The notes under the pieces: generated by a model
What the model was told of the DNA's origin: nothing
The model's database searches: none
What the model saw: the letters and a program-made list of their open reading frames with translations, nothing else
In this document: positions 51,767 through 61,074 of the stretch, one piece after another
Layout of the letters: each line of letters begins with the position of its first letter
Numbering within the stretch: the stretch's first letter is position 1
NCBI GenBank assembly: GCA_938091905.1
Contig: CALKOM010000134.1
Location: 1 to 64,000 of the forward strand
Direction of reading: 5' to 3'
DNA length: 64,000 bases
Source: an uncultured Verrucomicrobiales bacterium
GTDB taxonomy: Bacteria; Verrucomicrobiota; Verrucomicrobiia; Verrucomicrobiales; DEV007
Position numbers and translations under genes: made by a program

Positions 51767-53491
51767 ATGCTGCGTTTCACCATTCTCTTCGCCCTAGCCA
51801 CACTGACATCATGTCAGACCCGCGCACCCCGCGTAGAAACTGATCAAGCAGCCTCTTCGACCCAAGTCAGCTACAAGGCGGCTTCGTCAAATGCCTTTCA
51901 ACCCGCTCTCAATCGGGTGAAGCTCAGGCTTGAGGGCGGCACTGCCACCGCGAAGGCAAATGAAGCCCTGATGTTGGAAAGCGGCAGCGACGCGCTGGCC
52001 GCACGGCTCCATCTCATTGAGCACGCCCAATATTCTATTGACTATCAAACATTCATCTGGGCTAATGACGAAGCGAGTCAGTTGCTTGCAGAGGCACTCA
52101 TCCAAGCAGCCAAGCGTGGCATCAACATTCGCGTCCTTGTTGATTACATTGGCATCGCCAAAGACGCAAAAGCCCTCGCGAAAGTCACCCATGCACATCC
52201 GAATCTTCAGATCCGCGTTTATCGCCCCACAGCACGAACCCTGGAGAACGGAATATGGGGATCGATTGCCTACGCGCTCACTAACTTCAAAGGCGCGAAC
52301 CAGCGCATGCACAACAAGGTCTTTCTTGTAGATAATCACATCGCTATCACCGGAGGGCGCAATGTCGAAAACAGCTACTTTGATCATGCTGCTGTCATGA
52401 ACTTCAAGGATCGGGATGCTTTAATCGTAGGCCCGGTAGCTCAATCAATAGGGACCGCGTTTGATTCATTCTGGAGCTATCGACACACGGTTCCGGCAAT
52501 ACAGCTCACCGATGTCGCTAGCGCTAACGTCACAAGAACCGCTCCGCCCCAAAAATCGCGCACTGGTCAGAAGCTATTGGCTCTGAAACGACGCTCCCAT
52601 CAAATCAATGCTCTGGCCAATCAACTCCGCTCTGTCGATCACGTAGAGTTTATAAGCGATCTACCAGGCAAGAATGGCGCCCTCTCGCTCGCCGGTGGAG
52701 GTCAGGCAACTGAACACATTGTCAGAGCTCTCGACGAGGCCAAGCAAGAAGTGTGGATCCAATCTCCATACATGGTGCTTGGACGCAAGGGCCGGAGCTT
52801 CTTCAAGCGTTTCCGCAAACGGAATGCCAACATTCCTATTCACATTTCGACAAATAGCTTCGGTTCCACAGACAACTCGGTCGCCTATGCCGGGAATGTG
52901 CGTTTGAGAGATCGCTATGTCCACGAGTTCGGGCTCGACCTTCGAGAGTATCGCCCTCGACCGAGCGATCTTCGTCGCGTTCTACCCACCTATGATTGGC
53001 TAGCTGAGTCTAAACAAAACCAACCACCTTTCCTTTGCATCCACGCCAAATCCTTTGTCGTGGATGATAAGCTTGCCTTTGTCGGCTCGTTCAATCTCGA
53101 TCCGAGGTCCGCACACCTCAATACAGAATGCGGTCTCATTTTCCGAGATGCGCGTATTGCCTCGCAGCTAAAACGAGAGATCCAGCGCGACATGTCTGCC
53201 AGCAACAGTTGGGCAATCGCTCCTCGTGCCCTGTTGAAGGACATTTCTGACATTCATATGTACTCCAAAGAAATCACCGATCTCAGCCCCGTCGATCTGA
53301 CGTTGCTTAGCGCGACGTCAGCCTTCGAACTCAAACCTGGCTTTAAAGAAGTGCCTAAAGAAAATCCTAACTTCTATCGTAACTACCGCGACATCGGAAG
53401 CTTTCCCGGAAGTCCAGGCACCTTAACTGATCGCGAGCTCAAAGCGCGATTCCTGAAGTTCTCCACGAGACTCTTTGACCCCCTACTATAA
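51767..53491 (+). CDS. Phospholipase D-family lipoprotein (ClsC-like)
   Basis: Lipobox LTSC; two HKD motifs RMHNKVFLVD..TGGRN and IHAKSFVVD..GSFNLDPRS. Confidence 0.9.
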   Translation: MLRFTILFALATLTSCQTRAPRVETDQAASSTQVSYKAASSNAFQPALNRVKLRLEGGTATAKANEALMLESGSDALAARLHLIEHAQYSIDYQTFIWANDEASQLLAEALIQAAKRGINIRVLVDYIGIAKDAKALAKVTHAHPNLQIRVYRPTARTLENGIWGSIAYALTNFKGANQRMHNKVFLVDNHIAITGGRNVENSYFDHAAVMNFKDRDALIVGPVAQSIGTAFDSFWSYRHTVPAIQLTDVASANVTRTAPPQKSRTGQKLLALKRRSHQINALANQLRSVDHVEFISDLPGKNGALSLAGGGQATEHIVRALDEAKQEVWIQSPYMVLGRKGRSFFKRFRKRNANIPIHISTNSFGSTDNSVAYAGNVRLRDRYVHEFGLDLREYRPRPSDLRRVLPTYDWLAESKQNQPPFLCIHAKSFVVDDKLAFVGSFNLDPRSAHLNTECGLIFRDARIASQLKREIQRDMSASNSWAIAPRALLKDISDIHMYSKEITDLSPVDLTLLSATSAFELKPGFKEVPKENPNFYRNYRDIGSFPGSPGTLTDRELKARFLKFSTRLFDPLL

Positions 53492-54094
53492 CGCACAAAT
53501 CGCAGGATGGGCTGCGAGGAGTTCCAGGGCCTGAACAGTAAGGAGCTTGCCAGGTTCCATGCGATGCCAAGTCGATGCACCAGAAGGATGCGGAAGGGGT
53601 AAGAGGTCAAATCGGAAGCCCTGCCATTCCATGTTGGAATAATTCACGCCAATGACATCGACCAACTTCCCAACAGGCATGAATTGGGAGATCGCGAGTT
53701 TGCCAATGGGAATGACGAGATGCGGCTGCAGCAGCCGCATTTCAGCTTCCAGCCACGGCCGACAATTGGCCCTCTCGATCTCGTTCGGCACACGATCACC
53801 CCCTTTGGGATTTCGTCCCGGAAAGCACCGGCAAACAGACGCAATGTAAACGCGTTGACGGAAGATATCCTCTCCAATTCCAGTCGCTTCCTGCATCCAT
53901 CTAAAAAGAGTCTTGCCGGCAGTCCAGGCAAATGGCCTTCCTAGCACAGGCTCTCGCGCACCAGGCGCTTGCCCAACAAGAAGCACCTTACTCTGCACTG
54001 GCCCCGTTACAATGGAAGGGCGATGCATTTTCGGACAGCGTTCACACATCGCCAAGTCACGGACATGATCTTCTAGCGTGTTCGCTGCCGACAT
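53486..54094 (-). CDS. Uracil-DNA glycosylase superfamily protein
   Basis: CERC, GQAPG, PFAWTAG, RCFPG, LPHPSG. Confidence 0.88.
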   Translation of the reverse strand: MSAANTLEDHVRDLAMCERCPKMHRPSIVTGPVQSKVLLVGQAPGAREPVLGRPFAWTAGKTLFRWMQEATGIGEDIFRQRVYIASVCRCFPGRNPKGGDRVPNEIERANCRPWLEAEMRLLQPHLVIPIGKLAISQFMPVGKLVDVIGVNYSNMEWQGFRFDLLPLPHPSGASTWHRMEPGKLLTVQALELLAAHPAICAL

Positions 54095-54837
54095 CGCATC
54101 CAAATCCAAGGTAGAAACCGGACAATCACGCCAAGTAACAAACGCACATACATCCCCGTGAGCAGGACATTGTCTCGAAGGTAACGGAAATGTGAAACAC
54201 CACCTTCTTCTTCCTTTAGATAGCGAACAGGTGTCGGAGTATTAATCGCTTGAACGCCTAACCAAGACAAACGTACCGCAGTTTCGGGTTCGAAATCAAA
54301 TCGGCGTGCCCAACGGGTTGACTGCATCGCACGATGCAACGCAGGAACGGGATACACTCGCATTCCAAATAGCGAATCTCCAATTCCGCCGCCCAGACTG
54401 ACCACGGCAGTCCAGAAGTTTGCTAGCTTCCTTCCCCAAACGCGCTCTAACGGTGCTTCATCTCCAAATTGAGGCTTTCCAAGAATCATCGCATCAGGAT
54501 TCTTACAAGATACTTCCAAAAAGCGAGGTACATAGTCAGCAGGATGCTGGCCATCACTATCAAATGACTGAATATGCGTGATCCCCTCACTCGCGGCCAC
54601 GCAAACGGCCTCGAATATCATCGAGCCCTTACCCCGATTCTCAAGATACCGAAAAAGGCGCAAGTTCGCATGTTTCTTTACCAGGGATTCAAGGATCTCA
54701 GGCGAGCCATCATCACTCCCATCGATCATGACCCAAACCGGCACACCATGCGCCACCACGGAAGTCACGACCTCGGACACCATCTCCCCAGGATTGTAGG
54801 AGGGGACGACAATGACGGGCTTGAATGCTGACTTCAC
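54073..54837 (-). CDS. Glycosyltransferase family 2
   Basis: VPSYN, IDGSDD, NRGKG, DSDGQH, FDFEPE, SHFRYLRDN. Confidence 0.9.
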   Translation of the reverse strand: MKSAFKPVIVVPSYNPGEMVSEVVTSVVAHGVPVWVMIDGSDDGSPEILESLVKKHANLRLFRYLENRGKGSMIFEAVCVAASEGITHIQSFDSDGQHPADYVPRFLEVSCKNPDAMILGKPQFGDEAPLERVWGRKLANFWTAVVSLGGGIGDSLFGMRVYPVPALHRAMQSTRWARRFDFEPETAVRLSWLGVQAINTPTPVRYLKEEEGGVSHFRYLRDNVLLTGMYVRLLLGVIVRFLPWIWMRCRQRTR

Positions 54838-54852
54838 CGACGCAAGGGGCTA

Positions 54853-55887
54853 TCAACGGTCTCGATGATCACGCATCCGCTCTAGCAGACGCGCATTAAA
54901 CTCCACCGGCGTATCATGCCCAAAGACTTTCAGCTTCACATCCATGGCGGCGACTTCAATGAGTTTGGCTAAATCACGCCCTGGAGCGACGGGCAGCTCC
55001 AAGTATGGCAGGTCCAATCCAAGAATACGGTATGTCTGCGGCGTGAGCCCCACACGCTCGACTTTATTGAGGTCCTCGGCTGGCCGCAACGTGATGACTA
55101 CGTTCAAGGCTTTCTCTAAACGCACGGCACCGATACCGTAGAGCGCCATTACGTTGATCAATCCTAGGCCACGCACTTCCATATGGCTGCGACCCAACTC
55201 AGGAGCAGTCCCCACAATATCACTACCCGCGATCCGACTGAATCGTACGGTATCATCAGCCACGAGACTCGCACCGTGATCGATGAGGCCAACGACCGTC
55301 TCACTCTTGCCCGTGCCGCTGGCTCCTTTGATCAACACGCCTATGCCATGAATATCGACCATGCTCCCATGCTCAGACGTGGTAGGGGCGAAGGCCCACT
55401 GCAAGCGGATCGTCGCCGAGTTGAGAAAGTGCATCGAGGGCATCTCCGTTTGGAAGATGGTAAGACGGGCCCGGTGGGCTTCATCCATGAACTCTTGAGG
55501 CAGACTGTGCCCACGTGCCAAAATCAGGCAAGGTACCGCCTGACGACAGAGTTCGCGGAACCGTGTAAGTCCCTGCCCCCCCTCCAGACACGTCAGGTAA
55601 GAGTGTTCAGCATTTCCAATGACCTGGATACGCTGCTCGGCAAAGTAGGTATAGAAACCTGCTAGAGCCAGACCGGGCCGATTCAGCTCAGGCTCGATGA
55701 TCCGACGATCAAAGCCTGACTCCGAACCCACCAGCGTCATTTGGAGCGGTTCCGCATAGCGCCCGTAGAATTCCCGCACACTCATGGCAGAGAGACGCTT
55801 CACAGGCGCCTTGCTTGTGTTCTGATTCTTATCCAGAACGACGGCAGCGTCTTCGCTAACCTTAGGTACGGGGAAATCTTCGGACAT
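54853..55887 (-). CDS. hprK: HPr kinase/phosphorylase
   Basis: NRPGLALAG, GASGTGKSE, LVADD, MEVRGLG, PVAPGRD. Confidence 0.95.
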   Translation of the reverse strand: MSEDFPVPKVSEDAAVVLDKNQNTSKAPVKRLSAMSVREFYGRYAEPLQMTLVGSESGFDRRIIEPELNRPGLALAGFYTYFAEQRIQVIGNAEHSYLTCLEGGQGLTRFRELCRQAVPCLILARGHSLPQEFMDEAHRARLTIFQTEMPSMHFLNSATIRLQWAFAPTTSEHGSMVDIHGIGVLIKGASGTGKSETVVGLIDHGASLVADDTVRFSRIAGSDIVGTAPELGRSHMEVRGLGLINVMALYGIGAVRLEKALNVVITLRPAEDLNKVERVGLTPQTYRILGLDLPYLELPVAPGRDLAKLIEVAAMDVKLKVFGHDTPVEFNARLLERMRDHRDR

Positions 55888-55903
55888 ATAGCGACCTCGT
55901 CGG

Positions 55904-56488
55904 TTAAGGCTCGATCATGCCATAGTCACCGTCTTTGCGTCGGAAAAGTATGGTTAGCTGATCTGTCTTTGCATGACGGTAAACAATGAAATCTCGCTCA
56001 CTGAGCTCCATTTCCATAATCGCCTCGTCTTTGTAGAGCGGACGCACACGATAGTTCTCTTTGTGCACGATCACTGGCTCGACTTCGGCCTCAGTAGCTT
56101 CCGCTTCATCAGCTATTTCAGGACTGTATACGTGTTCACTAAGATGCTTGATCGTATCGTTCGGACGTGGGCGATGGCTCTTAAGCAAACGAGTCTTGTA
56201 CTTTCTCATACGGCGAGCGATCTTACTGATCGTCTCGTCAATAGATTTGTACATATCCTCAGTTTCCGTGCTCGCTTCAATCGTAATATGGTTCGCACAG
56301 AAGAGGATGATCTCGGCGTTCTGGCGAGTCTTTTTCTGCACGTCGAGAATGACCTTGGCTTCGATGATCTTGGGATAATCCAAGTGCAGGCCTTCCACTT
56401 TCTTGTGTGCGAAGTCGCGCATCGCCTCGGTGACATCCACGTGACGACCTGTCACCGTGATGGGGAGATTTACATTGGCAGTTTGCAT
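55904..56488 (-). CDS. hpf: Ribosome hibernation promoting factor (long HPF/RaiA)
   Basis: ITVTGRHVDVTEAM, DMYKSID..KIARRMRKYK, C-terminal EAIMEMEL...RRKDGDYG. Confidence 0.93.
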   Translation of the reverse strand: MQTANVNLPITVTGRHVDVTEAMRDFAHKKVEGLHLDYPKIIEAKVILDVQKKTRQNAEIILFCANHITIEASTETEDMYKSIDETISKIARRMRKYKTRLLKSHRPRPNDTIKHLSEHVYSPEIADEAEATEAEVEPVIVHKENYRVRPLYKDEAIMEMELSERDFIVYRHAKTDQLTILFRRKDGDYGMIEP

Positions 56489-56525
56489 TGGCTTTCGTTG
56501 TCTTGGGTTTAATGAGGGAACATGG

Positions 56526-57284
56526 CTACATGCTGAAACGGTCACCGAGATAAAGATCGCGGGTAATCGGATCATTGAGTAGGAAGTCACTATTGCCTTC
56601 GCTCTCAACTTTCCCTTCGTAAATAAGGTAGGCTCGATCGACGATGTCTAACGTCTCTCGTACGTTGTGATCAGTAATAAGAATGGCTAAGCCTGAATCG
56701 CGCAGCGTTAGGACGATCTCTTGCACGTCACTCACCGCTTTAGGATCCACACCGCTAAAAGGCTCGTCGAGCATGAGTAGGCTTGGATTGGTCACGAGCG
56801 ATCGAGCGATCGTAAGGCGACGTTTCTCGCCGCCACTCAACGTGAGCGCGCGGCTCTTGGCCAACTTCGTAATTCCAAATTGCTCAAGCAGTTCATCGCA
56901 CCGCTCGCGACGCTGCTTGCGATTGAGAGACTGCGTCTCCAAGACCGCCATGATGTTCTCTTGCACCGTAAGTTTGCGGAAGATAGACTCTTCCTGAGGA
57001 AGGTATCCCATCCCAAGACGCGCCCGCTTATACATCGGTTGGTTGGTCACATCGTGATCGTCGAAAGCAACGGTTCCTCCGTCTGGCGGCACCAAGCCTA
57101 CAATCATGTAGAAGGACGTTGTCTTTCCAGCACCATTGGGGCCTAGCAAACCCACGACTTCACCAGATTTTACATTGATGTCCACACCGCGGACGACAGC
57201 ACGGCCGTCGTACACCTTTACCAACCCTTGCGTTGCAAGAAGAGCTGTCTTGGTCGAAGCCTTCTTAACGTTATCAACCACCAT
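56526..57284 (-). CDS. lptB: LPS export ABC transporter ATP-binding protein
   Basis: GLLGPNGAGKTT, GYLPQEESIFRKL, LSGGEKRR, LDEPFSGVDP, ITDHNVRETL, YLG. Confidence 0.95.
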   Translation of the reverse strand: MVVDNVKKASTKTALLATQGLVKVYDGRAVVRGVDINVKSGEVVGLLGPNGAGKTTSFYMIVGLVPPDGGTVAFDDHDVTNQPMYKRARLGMGYLPQEESIFRKLTVQENIMAVLETQSLNRKQRRERCDELLEQFGITKLAKSRALTLSGGEKRRLTIARSLVTNPSLLMLDEPFSGVDPKAVSDVQEIVLTLRDSGLAILITDHNVRETLDIVDRAYLIYEGKVESEGNSDFLLNDPITRDLYLGDRFSM

Positions 57285-58170
57285 ACGTTCGCTTGGTCGC
57301 AGTGCTGCGCGTGGCGCGCTTCCTCTGCTCGTAGAGTTCTTCAATCGTAGGCTTGGGCGGAGGCGTGTACGATCTCGAGGGCCTCCTCGACCCGCCCGTC
57401 GACTTGCCTTGCCCATAGTATTTCCAGGGCCCCCGTTTCACCGAGGAGGCCGAAACAAACTTCCATGAGACCTTCTCACCACTCTTCAACTTCAAGTAAT
57501 CGCGCACAGCTGGAGACACATCGATCCCAGCTTGTTTGTTTGCCCGGTTCTTAGGACGCGCATTGCCAAAGACATACGGCCAGTCATCAGTGACGAAGGG
57601 ACCACAATCCTCCCATTGTGCGTAGCAGGTCTTTCCTCTAAATTTGATCGCAAGCCACTGTCCTTTCAGCGTCGTCCACCCCTTCTTCTTGAAACGCTTA
57701 TGGAACCACGGCACCACGCGGCTCGCCTCCGACTTTGTCCCCGAACGATCAATGTCATTGTAGGGCAGCGCGACATAGAACGGATTTAGTCTGGGCACGA
57801 AAGCCAAGGGGCGATAGTCCCTTGCACGCGCCCGCGGCTTTGGATTGTCGAAACCACCGTAATTTGCTTCCCAATTTTGATCCCACGAACTGGCATGATT
57901 CGGTGTCGGATTCTTAGCCGTCGGTTCCTCGCCTATCCAGAAGATCGTCGCGGTGATATCGCGTTTCCACGGAAAGAATCGTCCCGGCACGGAACGAGGT
58001 TGAGACACCTGTGGGGGTGTGTAGACAGGCGGCCGCTTCGCCCGTTTCGGCTTCGGCGTCACGGGAAGAGGCACTCGAGGTTTCGCTGCCACGCTGTTGT
58101 CGGCATTCACCAGGCTGAGGCTCAGCCCTAAAATACATAAACATGCAAGTTTCGTCACCGTACCAGCCAT
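57274..58170 (-). CDS. Secreted protein with probable double-psi beta-barrel (RlpA/expansin-like) domain
   Basis: Signal peptide, Pro-rich linker; ATIFW, YVALP, YAQWEDCGP, IDVSPAV echo the DPBB AT..A..V.D.CP..DLS..A pattern. Confidence 0.55.
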   Translation of the reverse strand: MAGTVTKLACLCILGLSLSLVNADNSVAAKPRVPLPVTPKPKRAKRPPVYTPPQVSQPRSVPGRFFPWKRDITATIFWIGEEPTAKNPTPNHASSWDQNWEANYGGFDNPKPRARARDYRPLAFVPRLNPFYVALPYNDIDRSGTKSEASRVVPWFHKRFKKKGWTTLKGQWLAIKFRGKTCYAQWEDCGPFVTDDWPYVFGNARPKNRANKQAGIDVSPAVRDYLKLKSGEKVSWKFVSASSVKRGPWKYYGQGKSTGGSRRPSRSYTPPPKPTIEELYEQRKRATRSTATKRTYGG

Positions 58171-58274
58171 TAGAGCAATCTAAAGGCAGGGGAAAACGAC
58201 GCAAGAAAGGAACGCCGAAATCCCGGTTTCGTCCGCAGATTGACGCCAGAGACCATGGAGGCCAAGATTTGCTC

Positions 58275-59165
58275 ATGAAACTTCCATCACGTCGCCAATT
58301 TCTCCACACAGCGATCGGCGGGCTGGGCCTCAGTGGCTTGGCTTATCCAGCTCTTGGTCGCTCCCCTATTGCACGCAGCGGCCCACCCCGATTGCGTCCC
58401 GCGCTGGCAGCTTACTCGTTTCGAGAGGCCTTTAAGCAGAAGGGCAAGCTCGACATGTTTGGCTTCATTGACTACTGCGCCAAGCACGGTGTGGAGGGGG
58501 CTGAGCTTACCAGTTACTTCTTTCCAGAAGACCTCGATAAGTCGTACCTTCTTCGCATCAAGCAGCACGCCTTTCTCAAAGGCGTCACCATCAGTGGCAC
58601 AGCTGTAGGCAACAACTTTGCGCTGCCCAATGGCGCTGAACTGGCCCAGCAAATTGCCGATGTGAAACGCTGGATAGACCGAGCGGAAAGCATGGGCGCT
58701 CCTCACATACGCGTCTTCGCAGGCGCTCCGAAAGGCCTTGATCAAGCCGCTGCAGTGAAGCAATGCATCGCCGCGCTCGAAGACTGTTGCGACTACGCTG
58801 GGAACAAAGGCATCTTCCTCGGGCTAGAAAACCATGGCGGCATCGTGGCAGAGGCCGACTCATTGTTAGAAATCGTTGAAGCCGTGCAAAGCCCTTGGCT
58901 AGGCATCAACCTAGACACCGGAAACTTCAAAACGGACGACCCGTATGGTGATCTTGAAAAATGCGCGCCCTACGCAGTAAATGTACAAGTAAAAGTCGAG
59001 ATTCAGAAACGCGGCCAACCCAAACGGCTCGCGGACATCGGCCGTCTCACCTACATCTTGCGTGAGTCCAATTACCAGGGCTTCATCACCCTCGAATATG
59101 AAGCCAAGGAAGATCCATTCGAAGCAGTGCCTAGCTGGATCGCCAAACTAACGCATTTCTGTTAG
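58275..59165 (+). CDS. Tat-exported sugar phosphate isomerase/epimerase (TIM barrel)
   Basis: SRRQFL; AAYSFR, ELTSYFF, LENHGG, NLDTGNF, LEYE. Confidence 0.88.
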   Translation: MKLPSRRQFLHTAIGGLGLSGLAYPALGRSPIARSGPPRLRPALAAYSFREAFKQKGKLDMFGFIDYCAKHGVEGAELTSYFFPEDLDKSYLLRIKQHAFLKGVTISGTAVGNNFALPNGAELAQQIADVKRWIDRAESMGAPHIRVFAGAPKGLDQAAAVKQCIAALEDCCDYAGNKGIFLGLENHGGIVAEADSLLEIVEAVQSPWLGINLDTGNFKTDDPYGDLEKCAPYAVNVQVKVEIQKRGQPKRLADIGRLTYILRESNYQGFITLEYEAKEDPFEAVPSWIAKLTHFC

Positions 59166-59177
59166 ATAAAGGTAACC

Positions 59178-60326
59178 CTACTCGCTAAACCAGGAGAGGA
59201 ACGGAATCCTTCCCGGAGGCTTCAGACTGACAACAACTTCAGACCCCGGGAGTAGCGGCAATTGCGACTCTTCATCGTTCCCACCAAGGTTTCCGAACTC
59301 CACCAACCGCCCACGCACCATACGCCCTCGTATTGGACTACCATAGTCGGGAATCTGCGAGAGCGACTGCTGCAAGGATACCACCGTTGCTGTCACATAT
59401 TCCTTCCGGTTATTAGGTATCGCAATGTAAGCCGTGTCACCCACTTTCATATTGAGTGAAAACTGTTCTGGAATCATCGCCGTGATCGTCTTGGGCTGTT
59501 TCACTACGATGTCCATGATCGGATCACCAGCCTTCACCACGCTTCCAGGTTTAGCGTAGACTTTGTCGATATAGCCAGAGTTCGCGTTGCGAATGACCGA
59601 GCTGTCGATCTTAGCTTGGAGGAATAGCAAGACATCATTGCTGGTGTCCGGAATGTTCGACAAATCACTAAGCTTTTGAATGCTCGCATTAGAATCCTGA
59701 ACGAGCTTTTCGGTGGAGGCCATGGTCTGTCTGACTCCGCTCAGAGTACCCTCAAGCGTCTCGATTCTCGCCTGGACCACTTGAACATCAGACTCAGTTT
59801 TAGTGACACCAAGAGCCTTCTTGTAAGAGGCTAGAACTTTCTTCTCTGCGTCAATTTCCGACTGCACAACCTTCTGCTCGCTATCTAGCAAAGAGATCTG
59901 CGCTGTGAAGTCAGAAATCTGCTTCTGGAGCTCTTGCTGAAGCTTCGCATTGTCGAAGATCGTCTTCTGCTTCTCGGCTGCCATCTCGGCGATGATCAGC
60001 TTATCGTCAATCTTGGCCACGACCTTGTTGGCATCCACAAACACCCCTTGTTCTAACTTCGCAAAGGCGCCATCTGAATCTAACATAGCGTCTACGCCTT
60101 CAGGCAATGGCAACAGCCGCCCGGTGATGTCAGCTGCAATTGTTTCAACGGGCTTCGTGACAATACCTCGCATGCGATTGAACTCGCCGCCCGTCTGGTA
60201 AGCCCAGACGCCCAGCGCAGCGACGCCTAACCAAACCAAGAGAGGCCAGCTCTCTCGGATCGCGCGACGGCGCATGAGCTTCTTATGAAGCTTGTAATTC
60301 GGATGGGAAGGTGTTTCAGAACTCAT
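59178..60326 (-). CDS. HlyD/membrane-fusion-type periplasmic adaptor
   Basis: Single N-terminal TM, long coiled coil, IRNANSGYIDKVYAKPGSVVKAGDPIMDI lipoyl-like half, LLPGSEVVV. Confidence 0.75.
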   Translation of the reverse strand: MSSETPSHPNYKLHKKLMRRRAIRESWPLLVWLGVAALGVWAYQTGGEFNRMRGIVTKPVETIAADITGRLLPLPEGVDAMLDSDGAFAKLEQGVFVDANKVVAKIDDKLIIAEMAAEKQKTIFDNAKLQQELQKQISDFTAQISLLDSEQKVVQSEIDAEKKVLASYKKALGVTKTESDVQVVQARIETLEGTLSGVRQTMASTEKLVQDSNASIQKLSDLSNIPDTSNDVLLFLQAKIDSSVIRNANSGYIDKVYAKPGSVVKAGDPIMDIVVKQPKTITAMIPEQFSLNMKVGDTAYIAIPNNRKEYVTATVVSLQQSLSQIPDYGSPIRGRMVRGRLVEFGNLGGNDEESQLPLLPGSEVVVSLKPPGRIPFLSWFSE

Positions 60327-60350
60327 GGTCGGTTTCTCTTCTCCAAAGGG

Positions 60351-61034
60351 TTAGATTTCAACCGTTGTGCGTTGCATGACGAGGCTCACCTCGGAAATGT
60401 CCGGCAACTTGCCTAACGCATCGACCAAATCCGTTTTATAACTCGGATCGATCAAGCGCACGCTGTACGAATATTCGAGCACCTCTCCCTGGATGGCCTC
60501 TCGCATCGCCACCAGCTCCGTATGGGTGGTGAATCGCTGGAATATGTTATCCACCTGATTTTGCGAATCCGAATTCGGAGGTAGCAGGAATCTAAGCAAT
60601 CCCTCGAATTCTCGGCGCGATGCAAAGGGCGACCACATGAGGAAGAACGCCGCGAAACTAAAGAAAGCCGTTCCCATCAACGCCACATTGTAAACCTGCG
60701 AGCCGCAGGCGATCCCCACAGCAAGACAGCAAAAAAGGAAGATGATGTCTCGGGGATCACGGATCGGGGTCCGGAATCGAACGAAAGCCATGGCCCCCAT
60801 GATGCCAAGGCCACGGGCCAGGTTGTTTCCAATGGCCACGATCATGATCGTGATAACGATCGTTGCTAAGACCATCGTCTGCAGGAAGGATCGAGCATAG
60901 GTGAAGCCTTGGTGCGTGTAGCGGTAGACCGTGGCAATGGTCATCCCCAACACAAAACTCATGCAGAGTGAAAAGAAGATCTCAAGTGGAGCGAGAGCTT
61001 TACTAGGGCCTAGTGAGGTGAGAAAGGATTCCAT
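60351..61034 (-). CDS. DUF4956 membrane protein
   Basis: IGNNLARGLGIMGAMAFVRFRTPIRDPRDI, AVGIACG; four TMs plus small C-terminal domain. Confidence 0.9.
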   Translation of the reverse strand: MESFLTSLGPSKALAPLEIFFSLCMSFVLGMTIATVYRYTHQGFTYARSFLQTMVLATIVITIMIVAIGNNLARGLGIMGAMAFVRFRTPIRDPRDIIFLFCCLAVGIACGSQVYNVALMGTAFFSFAAFFLMWSPFASRREFEGLLRFLLPPNSDSQNQVDNIFQRFTTHTELVAMREAIQGEVLEYSYSVRLIDPSYKTDLVDALGKLPDISEVSLVMQRTTVEI

Positions 61035-61074
61035 CGGCTGGAGGGTCGATTGCGGTCAGATTATCAGCAAGGAT

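Noticed and set aside
56489..57416. N-terminal extensions on HPF and LptB in the ORF track
   Set aside because: They overlap upstream genes; internal ATGs (56488, 57284) give family-typical lengths
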